Shown here: positions 26,398-35,109 of the stretch, in pieces
Numbering within the stretch: position 1 is the stretch's first letter
Layout of the letters: the number at the start of each line of letters is the position of its first letter
Assembly (NCBI GenBank): GCA_964504105.1
Contig: CAZDDB010000003.1
Span: forward strand, 1 to 44,640
DNA: 44,640 bases
Source: an uncultured Acidobacteriota bacterium
GTDB lineage: Bacteria; Acidobacteriota; HRBIN11; JAKEFK01
Direction of reading: 5' to 3'
Notes under the pieces: model-generated
Seen by the model: only the letters and a program-made list of their open reading frames with translations
Database searches by the model: none
What the model was told of the DNA's origin: nothing
Translations under genes and position numbers: made by a program

Positions 26398-28281
26398 TCA
26401 GGATTTTGACTTCAGCAAGTGCGGGACATTAGCAAGAAGATAGACGACGGCAAGAACAAAGATCAAGAAAGGTGTGAGAATCTTCATTCCTTCGGCTGGT
26501 TCCAGGTACGAAAGGTTGGCATATTTCCAGCTAAACACGAGAAGAGCAAGGGGGAAGAGCCAGAACAACAGCAGCAAGACCCCGGATATAGTCTGATTCC
26601 CGTAAATCCCGGCAGCGCCGGGCATGACCAGCGAAGAAAGACGCACGAACAATCCCTGTCTTCTGGCATGTTGTTCGATTTCATGCATCTTTTCCTTCCT
26701 GGACACAGACGAGACACCGTCCTTTCGCACAAAAATGTGCAAACACTGGATACAAAACGGATAATCTTTGTTTGAAGGCTGACATTTTTTGCAGAAGGCC
26801 TCACCGCACTTTACACAGTCCCGGGCCGCATTCTTCCGGCTTCTGAGTCCGAAAAGCACAGCAAAAAGCAGGAATCCGACTATAAGAAGGCTGAAGGGAT
26901 CCTGAAACGGAAGCACACTCCGGCGATTCTCCTTTTTTAACTTCTGCCACACAATTTGCTCGGATGGGACGGCATCGATCAATCTTTCTTGAGGGGCTGC
27001 CTCGAAGGTCTCAACGAGTTGAAAATCCAGTTTGCGAGCAACGTCCAGATAACGCTGCGCCTCACTGAAATTGAACTTCGCTCTCTGCAGCTTGGAAAGG
27101 TTATACGAATAAATCGGGTTTCGGGAATCCAGACCTGCCGCTTTTTGAGCGAGACGAAGAGGAGTATCCGTCTCTCCTTGCAAGTAGAAAATGACTGCCA
27201 GGTTATTGTATGCCCGGGCATCGTCCGGGTGACTGATGAGATGTTTGTGAAGGATCTCGGTGGCGAATGTCATGCGCCGGTCGGTCTTGTACAGATTCGC
27301 AAGCAGAATCGATGCATCGCGTTCTGTGGGATTCTCCGCAGCATATTTTTCAAAATCCGCAATCGATTTCAATGTAGCACCTTCCGAAAAAACGGAAATG
27401 TAGCTGGCGATCGAAGGATCTTTGCTCGCCCGGGAGTTGTCAAGTACCGAGCGATACGCGGAAAAACCCACGGCTATGAGCAGAAGAATCAGGACAGATA
27501 GAATTTTTTCCGAAACACGCGCATGCACCCAAAAGATCATCATCCAGAAAGGCGCAAGCCAGAAGGGTCCGAGAAACAGTATCAGCGGAAGAAACAGGAG
27601 ACTCCATGCAAGGAAACCCGCCAGGACCGGCCGCTCTGAACGAACCCGTTCCACAACCTCATGACGAAAAACGTGATTGTATTTCGCAAACAGCACAAGC
27701 GCAAAACAGAACCCAAGCGCAAGCACCGTAACCCAGAGAATCAGAACATACTTTGAATAGAAATACATCTTGCCGGCCGGCGTTCGCAAGGGAGCAAGAA
27801 CTCCTTCCATCGAGGCAGCTGCCGCCGGGCCTATTCCCCTGATTCCCTTGGTCAAATGAACCTTTGCCTGTGAATAATATGCATATGGCAAAGAGGGATC
27901 CAGCCTTGCAGCCGTCTCAAAGAGATGTAATGCGGCATCGGGTCTTTTTCGGGAAAGCTCCTCTTTTCCATGCTGGATCAACCCAACAGCAAATTCAGTG
28001 ATCTTCGGGAGCGAGTACTGAGACCGTAAAACTAGAATTTGTTTTAGCGCCTTTTCTTCCTTTTCCGGATCACCATCCTTGAATGCCGTTTCAAAATCAC
28101 GCCATTTCTCGTAGAAGAGTTTAAATCCTTCCTGAGAAAGACGCGTCAGGTCTTCTTCCGATAGTGGACCGCCGGTTGCTTCGTCCTTCGGGGATTTCTT
28201 CTCCTCCTGAATGACAAGCACATCCTGGGCAAAGAGATGCGGCTGGAAAAGCAGGAACAGTACAAGAACAAGGAGCCTCAT
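26398..28281 (-). CDS. polytopic membrane TPR protein with embedded Cys4 zinc-ribbon
   Basis: Signal peptide MRLLVLVLFLLFQPHLFAQ, TPR blocks on both sides of a multi-TM core, CVKCGEAFCKKCQPSNKDYPFCIQCLH, and further C-terminal TMs. Confidence 0.7.
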   Translation of the reverse strand: MRLLVLVLFLLFQPHLFAQDVLVIQEEKKSPKDEATGGPLSEEDLTRLSQEGFKLFYEKWRDFETAFKDGDPEKEEKALKQILVLRSQYSLPKITEFAVGLIQHGKEELSRKRPDAALHLFETAARLDPSLPYAYYSQAKVHLTKGIRGIGPAAAASMEGVLAPLRTPAGKMYFYSKYVLILWVTVLALGFCFALVLFAKYNHVFRHEVVERVRSERPVLAGFLAWSLLFLPLILFLGPFWLAPFWMMIFWVHARVSEKILSVLILLLIAVGFSAYRSVLDNSRASKDPSIASYISVFSEGATLKSIADFEKYAAENPTERDASILLANLYKTDRRMTFATEILHKHLISHPDDARAYNNLAVIFYLQGETDTPLRLAQKAAGLDSRNPIYSYNLSKLQRAKFNFSEAQRYLDVARKLDFQLVETFEAAPQERLIDAVPSEQIVWQKLKKENRRSVLPFQDPFSLLIVGFLLFAVLFGLRSRKNAARDCVKCGEAFCKKCQPSNKDYPFCIQCLHIFVRKDGVSSVSRKEKMHEIEQHARRQGLFVRLSSLVMPGAAGIYGNQTISGVLLLLFWLFPLALLVFSWKYANLSYLEPAEGMKILTPFLIFVLAVVYLLANVPHLLKSKS

Positions 28282-28673
28282 TTTATGATGTTCGCCTTTT
28301 GCAGAAAGCGCATACGTAAATCAAAAAGAGCGCTTTCCAGGTACTTCCCTTCGTTTGAAGTCAGGTTACCCTTTGTTTTTTCCTGCATCAGATCCAGGAT
28401 ATCGATCATCTGCTGTACGCCGGGCAGGTTCTGCGAGACTGAGTTCGTAGCCGGATCAGGAAGATCGCCCAGGTAAATGAGCGCGGTATGGACATAAGTG
28501 AAGAGAACAGCTATGAGATCGAGCTTTTCAGGCGATTCGGGGAGTGGCGGTTCCGCGGCCTCATTCTGAGGAAATGTGGCTTTCTCTTCATTCTGGAGAA
28601 CTACATTTCCATCCCTGTCAAAGTGACGCTTGTCCTGAACTTTGATTTCTTCCTTTTTCGGGTTCTCTTCCAC
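28278..28673 (-). CDS. DUF1844 domain protein
   Basis: LFTYVHTALIYLGDLPDPATNSVSQNLPGVQQMIDILDLMQEKTKGNLT matches my recollection of DUF1844. ATGA overlap with the downstream gene. Confidence 0.65.
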   Translation of the reverse strand: MEENPKKEEIKVQDKRHFDRDGNVVLQNEEKATFPQNEAAEPPLPESPEKLDLIAVLFTYVHTALIYLGDLPDPATNSVSQNLPGVQQMIDILDLMQEKTKGNLTSNEGKYLESALFDLRMRFLQKANIIK

Positions 28674-28707
28674 GTAAAAAGAATATCATAAAGTACCACT
28701 GTATCCT

Positions 28708-30738
28708 TTACGGCATTTTGAGGAGTACCAGCGTTACATCATCCTGAGGCTCCTGGCGGTTGAGAAATCCATTCAGGTCCAGGAGGATGGCACTTTTGAT
28801 GTCTTCGGTAGACTTTTCTTTATTTGCAAGAATGATTGAAGAAAGTCTCGAAAGTCCATAAAGCTGGTTCGTTTCGTTCATGGCTTCCGTCAATCCATCC
28901 GTGTAGAAAACCAGAATATCTCCCGAATCCAGTTTGCGCTCAACCTCCTCCAAAGTCTTTTCAAACATCCCGTTCTTTCCCATGCCCAGCGCGATTCCGC
29001 CTGGCTGCACAATATCTACCCTGCCACCGGCAGCTGAGTAATGGAGGATTGGATTGTGTCCTGCCCTGCTGAGTTTCATGATTCGGGCAGGTTCATTGAT
29101 CAGAGCGTAGGTCATGGTAATGAAGTTACGGGAATCGAGGGTTGGGGCAAGGATAGCGTTAGCTTCGAGCAGCACTTCTCTGGGCAGGATTGTGCGCCGG
29201 CTGACGGACAGCATGACCCCTTTTACTTCGGCCATATAGAGGGCCGCGCTGGGGCCTTTTCCGGAAACATCTGCCACGATGATCGCCATTTCTTCGTCAC
29301 TTTTACGGATAATGTCGTAGTAATCGCCGCACACTTCTTGAGCAGGCAGATTGAGTGTTGCGATTTGAATGGCTCCTACCGAAGTAATCTCTCGCGGCAA
29401 CAAGTTCTGCTGCATCTGGCGCGCAATGCGCAGGGATTCCGCAAGTCTTTCTTTTTCCGAACTATCAACCAGCAGGTTCTTGATGCTCTCAGTCATGCTG
29501 TTGAAAGACATTGCCAGTTCACCCAGTTGATCCTGCGCATGCACCTTGATCTTGTAATTCAGGTCTCCCTTCTTGATTCTCTCCGTGCCTTCAAAAAGAT
29601 TGTGAACGGACGTAGTAATTGAACGGGCAAGCAGCAATCCAAAGATCACAGAGAAAAGCTCAATGATCAAGAAAAAGATTGCCACTGCAAGTATGAGACC
29701 ATAAACAAACTTCTGCAGCGCAGTGCTGCGCGCGAAGATGTGGTTATAAACACGGGAGACATTCGTGCGGACCCAGAATGCACCCAGCGGGAGATCGTCA
29801 TCAGTGTTCTCACCGGGCATGGCGTCCACCTTCTCATCAATCACCACCACGGTTTCCGGAGAACCTGTGTCTTTCTTTTTGTCCTTATCGAGCTGAAACA
29901 AGCTGATTTTCGCGCCAGTAGACCAATCGTACTGATCAGGCAGGCTCAGCCACCAGACGGGGATGTCCCACCAGACCGGCCACGCAGGCTGATTCTTCGA
30001 TGTCGCAAGCGTTTCCTGCAACTCCTTCTCCGCGCTATGCGACTCGGAAAACGGAAGATAGTGGATATCTGCGTCCGTGCGCTTCTTGACCGCCTCCAAT
30101 AACGAAGAGCTCACCGGAACAAGCATCTGAATCGACCTTTTGCTCTCCGGATCGTGATGGATGGCAGCGATCCATGGATGGGAATCGCGAATGACAAAAC
30201 CGGAAAACTCCTTCGTGTGAACCCATTCCGGCAGATCGCCGGATGAACCTCCCTGTAATTGACTACGGCCATCCGGGCCGGACAACGTAATCTCTGCCAA
30301 TTCCAGCCATTTTGCGTCCTCCGGCGCTAACTCACGGAGCCAGCGTCTGAGAGCGTGCTCCCCTCCCATCATTTCCGTCATGTGAAGCAGTTTCTGACTT
30401 TCGATTCTTGTCTGCAGGATGTAACCGTCCAAATTCGACTGGAACATCTCCGAAGTAGCCTGCCCCATAAAGATGAAAAAGCCGAGACCAACAAGAACGA
30501 ACAACAACATGACGGGAACAAAACCGATGAAAATATAGGATAGAATGAGTTTCCTGCGGATTCGCCAGAGAAACTTGCGTAAAAGTTTTCGAGTTAAGCG
30601 GAAGGCATAATAAACTGTGAGAATGAAGAGACAAGCCCGGAGGATCGTCCGGAGCGACTCCGACCAATCGCCGCCAATGATCGTAAGCAGCAGCCAGGCA
30701 GCAATCATTCCCAGGTAAATCTTGAATAAGCGGCTCAT
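28708..30738 (-). CDS. membrane sensor HAMP-PP2C (SpoIIE-type) phosphatase
   Basis: N-terminal TMs, large periplasmic loop, HAMP (ITTSVHNLFEGTERIKKGDLNYKIKVHAQDQLGELAMSFNSM), CGDYYDIIR, VADVSGKGPSAALYMA, DDVTLVLLK. Confidence 0.85.
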   Translation of the reverse strand: MSRLFKIYLGMIAAWLLLTIIGGDWSESLRTILRACLFILTVYYAFRLTRKLLRKFLWRIRRKLILSYIFIGFVPVMLLFVLVGLGFFIFMGQATSEMFQSNLDGYILQTRIESQKLLHMTEMMGGEHALRRWLRELAPEDAKWLELAEITLSGPDGRSQLQGGSSGDLPEWVHTKEFSGFVIRDSHPWIAAIHHDPESKRSIQMLVPVSSSLLEAVKKRTDADIHYLPFSESHSAEKELQETLATSKNQPAWPVWWDIPVWWLSLPDQYDWSTGAKISLFQLDKDKKKDTGSPETVVVIDEKVDAMPGENTDDDLPLGAFWVRTNVSRVYNHIFARSTALQKFVYGLILAVAIFFLIIELFSVIFGLLLARSITTSVHNLFEGTERIKKGDLNYKIKVHAQDQLGELAMSFNSMTESIKNLLVDSSEKERLAESLRIARQMQQNLLPREITSVGAIQIATLNLPAQEVCGDYYDIIRKSDEEMAIIVADVSGKGPSAALYMAEVKGVMLSVSRRTILPREVLLEANAILAPTLDSRNFITMTYALINEPARIMKLSRAGHNPILHYSAAGGRVDIVQPGGIALGMGKNGMFEKTLEEVERKLDSGDILVFYTDGLTEAMNETNQLYGLSRLSSIILANKEKSTEDIKSAILLDLNGFLNRQEPQDDVTLVLLKMP

Positions 30739-30777
30739 CTGATTTTAGATTCCAGATTTCTGATTTCAGAATTTAGG
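30739..30777. repeat. short tandem GATTTCAGA-like units (family E-related)
   Basis: CTGATTTTAGATTCCAGATTTCTGATTTCAGAATTTAGG, immediately upstream of the HAMP-PP2C start in a divergent intergenic region. Confidence 0.5.
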
Positions 30778-31035
30778 ACGTCCAAACCATTATGCATGAA
30801 TTTCAATATTATTTTCAGACCACATTTCCGTAGCCGTAATCGGCGCCTTCCGGCACCCGGCTAAAATCGGCTGGGAGATATTCACAACATCATAAGATAC
30901 GAGTTGCAGGGAAAACTGTTTCCGTCGCGTAGATCCTCGCGAGAGGTGTTTTTGACATTTCGGAACTCGTAAGCTATGATCAAACGATTTCTCGCCTCCA
31001 CTGGCGAAACTTTCAAGCAAGAGGTATTGCAAGAG

Positions 31036-31569
31036 ATGAAAAAACTCCTCGCATTTGCGTGCATTTTTGCGATTCTTTCTATTGCCGCGTGCAAAAAATC
31101 AGAAGAAAAAGCGGCAACTGAGCCTAAGGCGTCCACTCAACCGCAACAACCGGCAAAACCAAAACCCGGGGCGAAGAAAAGACCCCCGGCAAAAGCACTG
31201 GAGATCTACAACGAAAAGGCGCTGGTCGTGAGTGTCCCATTTGCCGATTACGCTTCTCTTGCAACCGGCAAGATCAAGATCGGCAACGCCAACGTCAGCG
31301 CTATCCTGCTAAAGGATTTGCTTGCCAAATACAAGATTCAGGGAAAGAATGTGATTATGGGCGGGCCGGCGCGCGCTGTTCCGATTACCTGGGAACAGGC
31401 GAACACAGACGGGCTTTATATCTATATGACTCCCAGGAACGCTTTCATGATCTCGGCGCCGAAGTCGCTGGAGAATATTAATTTCCCGGGTCGCATCGTG
31501 CGAATTACCGTGAGCGCAAGTGCGGATGTTGCGGCGAAACAGGCCCAAAACAAGAAACCGCCGAAGTAG
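31036..31569 (+). CDS. lipoprotein, unknown function
   Basis: Inner ATG of ORF 30976..31569. Lipobox in MKKLLAFACIFAILSIAAC, followed by a Pro/Lys-rich linker. Confidence 0.6.
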   Translation: MKKLLAFACIFAILSIAACKKSEEKAATEPKASTQPQQPAKPKPGAKKRPPAKALEIYNEKALVVSVPFADYASLATGKIKIGNANVSAILLKDLLAKYKIQGKNVIMGGPARAVPITWEQANTDGLYIYMTPRNAFMISAPKSLENINFPGRIVRITVSASADVAAKQAQNKKPPK

Positions 31570-31581
31570 ACGTTCGCTCTT

Positions 31582-32616
31582 GTGAAGATCCTCGTTGCCA
31601 CATCGGATGTCCCTTTTGTAGAAGGGGGACACCGGGTGATTGCAAGAGCGCTGGCAAGCGCCTTTCGGGAAGCCGGACACGAGGCTGAGATTCTCACCAC
31701 GCCGCAAAACCGCTTTGGCCGTCAGTTTTCGGCATATCTTGCGACCAGACTCACCGATGTTGAACTGACGGGGACTGCGAAACAGGTCGACCGGCTGATC
31801 TCTCTCCGCTATCCGTCCTATGTTTTGAAACATCCCCACCACACCTGCTGGTTGAACCACAGGATGCGCGAATACTACGATCTCTGGAACCAATGGACCC
31901 CACAATTGAGTTGGAAAGGAAAAATCAAAGAATCGGTGCGCCGCAGTTTGATCCGCCACGCCGATAACTATTATCTCAGACACAACGTGCGGCGGCTCCT
32001 TGCGCAGTCAAAAACAGTTCAGAAGTCGTTGCTGCAATGGGGAAATATTCAAAGCCTGGTCCTTTATCCGCCCCCTCCACAACGTGAGTATCGAACCGAT
32101 GGATATGATGATTTTATTCTCTCTCCTGCCCGGCTCACTCCGCTGAAACGGATTCCGTTACTGATCGAAGCGTTGGCCCGGACAGGCGCAGGTCGCGCTG
32201 TTATCATAGGAGATGGCCCCGAAAAGGAAAAGATTGATGCATTGATCCGGCAACATAAATTAGAAAACCGGATCGAAATGCCCGGCCATGTAACCGAGGA
32301 CCAAATGGTGGATCTTTATGCCCGCTGCCGGGCAGTTTACTATGCCCCTCTAAACGAAGATTACGGACTGGTAACCCTCGAAGCCTTTCGCTCTAGAAAA
32401 CCGGTTCTCACTGCGATCGATAGCGGCGGCCCTGCCGAACTCGTTCAGGATGGAGTCAACGGTTGTGTCTTCCTTCCCGAACCTTCCGAGCTCGCCTCCC
32501 GAATTGAAAGGCTGTTTGATAACAATTCGCTCGCCGAATCAATGGGTTCGGCCGGCTACGAATCCTCAAGAGCCGCCACCTGGCCGCAAACCGTTTCGAA
32601 ACTTCTTGAAGAGTAA
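31582..32616 (+). CDS. glycosyltransferase family 4 (GT-B)
   Basis: GTG start. MKILVATSDVPFVEGGHRVIARALA N-terminus. C-terminal EDYGLVTLEAFRSRKPVLTAIDSGGPAELV (EX7E-type block). Confidence 0.8.
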   Translation: MKILVATSDVPFVEGGHRVIARALASAFREAGHEAEILTTPQNRFGRQFSAYLATRLTDVELTGTAKQVDRLISLRYPSYVLKHPHHTCWLNHRMREYYDLWNQWTPQLSWKGKIKESVRRSLIRHADNYYLRHNVRRLLAQSKTVQKSLLQWGNIQSLVLYPPPPQREYRTDGYDDFILSPARLTPLKRIPLLIEALARTGAGRAVIIGDGPEKEKIDALIRQHKLENRIEMPGHVTEDQMVDLYARCRAVYYAPLNEDYGLVTLEAFRSRKPVLTAIDSGGPAELVQDGVNGCVFLPEPSELASRIERLFDNNSLAESMGSAGYESSRAATWPQTVSKLLEE

Positions 32617-32671
32617 GGCCCGTGCCTGTGACCTACAGAACTGGTTTCGGCACCTGAGTCTCGAGGAGAAA

Positions 32672-32701
32672 TTGACAGAAATAGCTGAAAAAAGGTATAC
32701 T
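32672..32701 (+). promoter_or_regulatory. sigma70-like promoter candidate TTGACA-N18-TATACT upstream of the crp-family gene
   Basis: TTGACA at 32672..32677 and TATACT at 32696..32701. Confidence 0.55.
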
Positions 32702-32718
32702 GACACGCTTTTTTCAGC
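32684..32718. promoter_or_regulatory. 11-bp perfect inverted repeat bracketing the -10 (candidate operator)
   Basis: GCTGAAAAAAG (32684..32694) and CTTTTTTCAGC (32708..32718), separated by 13 nt. Confidence 0.5.
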
Positions 32719-32760
32719 AATCCCAAGCCGAAACGCGTACCTATCGGGGAGTATCGAAAA

Positions 32761-33435
32761 ATGAAATCTTGGACCCATGAACAGTGTCAAGCGCTAACCG
32801 GTTTTATCATTGATCAGGCTGGAGGCTTCGAATACGCTTTTTTTACCAAGAGAATTAAAAGAAACCAGATTATCTACTTGATGGGGGATCCGGCAAATGA
32901 ACTTTTCTGGATCCAGAAGGGACGAGTGCGGGTTTCTGTGATCAGTCTCGACGGAAAAGAGAAAACCGTCGAGATGATCCGCCAGGGAGGATTTTTCGGT
33001 GAGCTTTGTCTGTGTGAGAGTGGACGCAGAAAAGATCAGGCGATCGCCTTCGAAGAAACCATCGTCGCCTCCATCAAAGCACGCATGTTCTTCGAACTGC
33101 TCTATAGCAAGCCCGAAGTTGTCGGTTATTTCCTCAGCTTCTTTTGCAGAAGACTTTCTCAGGCAAAGGAACAATTGGAAGTGCTTTCCTCGAATCATGA
33201 ATCGCAGCGGTTTGCCAAGCTGCTCCTGAAGTTAGGGAAAAAGAACGGAGACAAAAACGGAAAGAGCCGGACCAGTCTCACCCTCTCTCAGGAAGAATTA
33301 GCGCGGCTGCTTTCTACAGATCGTCCAGCGGTAAATGCCCTCATCGGGCGCTTCAAACGAGAAGGCTTGATCGATTACAAACGACAGCAGCTCACGATCG
33401 ACGAATCCAAGCTCATCCAGTTCCTGCTGCAGTAG
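32761..33435 (+). CDS. Crp/Fnr family transcriptional regulator
   Basis: cNMP-binding domain (IYLMGDPANELFWIQKGRVRVSV, GGFFGELCL) and a C-terminal HTH (LTLSQEELARLLSTDRPAVNALIGRFKREGLI). Confidence 0.85.
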   Translation: MKSWTHEQCQALTGFIIDQAGGFEYAFFTKRIKRNQIIYLMGDPANELFWIQKGRVRVSVISLDGKEKTVEMIRQGGFFGELCLCESGRRKDQAIAFEETIVASIKARMFFELLYSKPEVVGYFLSFFCRRLSQAKEQLEVLSSNHESQRFAKLLLKLGKKNGDKNGKSRTSLTLSQEELARLLSTDRPAVNALIGRFKREGLIDYKRQQLTIDESKLIQFLLQ

Positions 33436-33546
33436 GATCTGCCTCGTTCGTGCCCCTCTCGCTTGCGGCGCTTACGCGCTTACGGCAGTTTCATTGACCC
33501 ATTTCGGTTTGAGAATTATAATACACGGGTCTTTTCCTTTATTCTC

Positions 33547-35103
33547 ATGAATTTCCGCGCCTTTTTCTTGCTTCTGATTGTGTCCTTCGCGGTGTCTATT
33601 CCGCTGCCTGCCGATCCTGTACACACGGACCAGGAATTGGATTCTGTGATCATACAGGCGAATAATCTCTTTCTCGATGCCAGATTTGACGAGGGAATTG
33701 AGCTCCTACAACAGATGGAGAAAAGACACCCGAACAATCCTGCCGTTTCCTTCTTTACCGCAAATGGATACTGGTGGAAAATCTTCCGCGCTTATATCTA
33801 TGACAAAGATGCGAAGAATACCGAGTTCGACAAGAACTTCGACAATTATCTGAAACAAACCATCAGCAGATCGGAAGATCTTCTTGACAAAAACAAGAGG
33901 GACGCTCAAGGGTTGTTTTATCTGGGAAATGCCTACAGCCTGCGTTCCCGTGTCAAGGGACTTCGCAGCAGTTATTTCTCCGCGGGGCGGGATGCGGCCA
34001 AGGGAAAGTTCTATCTGGAAGAAGTCCTGAAGATCTATCCGAAACAATACGACGCCTATTACAACCTCGGGGTCTATCATTATTTTGCCTCTACCCTTCC
34101 AGGGTTCGCAAAAGTTCTGAAAGCGCTTCTGTTTCTCCCGGGCGGCAGCCGTGAGAAAGGGTTGTCTCTGTTGACGGAAGCGGGACAAAAATCGCTCTAT
34201 TTTGGCGACGAATCACAACTGATCCTCGCCCGTTTTTATGCTGATTTTGAAGAAGAGCCTTACGACGCGCTCCGGATTGTCGAAACCTATCACAAAAAAC
34301 ACCCGGACAACGCCTGGTTTCACTTCTGGATGGGCACACTCTACTCGGATGAAATCAACGACTACTACCAGGCCGCTGATATTTATCGGGAAATTCTGGA
34401 GAAATGTAACCAATCGGTTACGAATTACACGGAAGAGGTCAAGACCCAGGCGTGGTTGAAGCTGGCCCGCTCATACATCAAGCAACTGGATCCGGATCGA
34501 GGTATCGAGGAAATCCAAAAACTCATCGCCACCAAACCCACAGCCCCATCATGGATCCTTCCACGGACGTATCTGGAGCTGGGAAACGCTTACGACCAGA
34601 TCGGAATGAGGAAAGAGGCCACAAGCGCGTACCATCAGGTGCTCTCCTATCCTGATTACCGCGATTACCACAGTCAGGCCGAGAAACTCTTACACTTGAA
34701 TTACAATCAGGCCTCCGCGATGATCTATCGTGCCAACCTGGAAGGAAGACGTCTGACCGCAGCAGGAAACTATGCGGAAGCAGAAGATGCTTTTCAAAAA
34801 GTCCTGGAGCAGTATCCCAACAATGAGCAGTCTTTGCTTGCGATGGCGGAGATGAATTACGCAAAGGGAAGCTACAAAGAAGCCACTGATCTACTCAACC
34901 AGATTCTGGCCCGGCGTCCCGATGAACCGAAGTGGATTCTGGCAAGCGTTTACGTTCGGCTTGGCCAGGTTTCCGAAGCGCGAAAACAGGTTGCCGCAGC
35001 TCGCAATCTATATGAGAAGGCATTGGATACGAAATTTCTTGCATCCGACGACCGCAATATCGCGAAGCGTGCGTTGAAACAGATCGCCCAGAAGAGTAGT
35101 TAA
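33547..35103 (+). CDS. secreted TPR-repeat protein
   Basis: Inner ATG of ORF 33463..35103. Signal peptide MNFRAFFLLLIVSFAVSIPLPA. TPR units throughout (for example AEDAFQKVLEQYPNNEQSLLAMAEMNYAKGSYKEA). Confidence 0.7.
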   Translation: MNFRAFFLLLIVSFAVSIPLPADPVHTDQELDSVIIQANNLFLDARFDEGIELLQQMEKRHPNNPAVSFFTANGYWWKIFRAYIYDKDAKNTEFDKNFDNYLKQTISRSEDLLDKNKRDAQGLFYLGNAYSLRSRVKGLRSSYFSAGRDAAKGKFYLEEVLKIYPKQYDAYYNLGVYHYFASTLPGFAKVLKALLFLPGGSREKGLSLLTEAGQKSLYFGDESQLILARFYADFEEEPYDALRIVETYHKKHPDNAWFHFWMGTLYSDEINDYYQAADIYREILEKCNQSVTNYTEEVKTQAWLKLARSYIKQLDPDRGIEEIQKLIATKPTAPSWILPRTYLELGNAYDQIGMRKEATSAYHQVLSYPDYRDYHSQAEKLLHLNYNQASAMIYRANLEGRRLTAAGNYAEAEDAFQKVLEQYPNNEQSLLAMAEMNYAKGSYKEATDLLNQILARRPDEPKWILASVYVRLGQVSEARKQVAAARNLYEKALDTKFLASDDRNIAKRALKQIAQKSS

Positions 35104-35109
35104 CGAACC

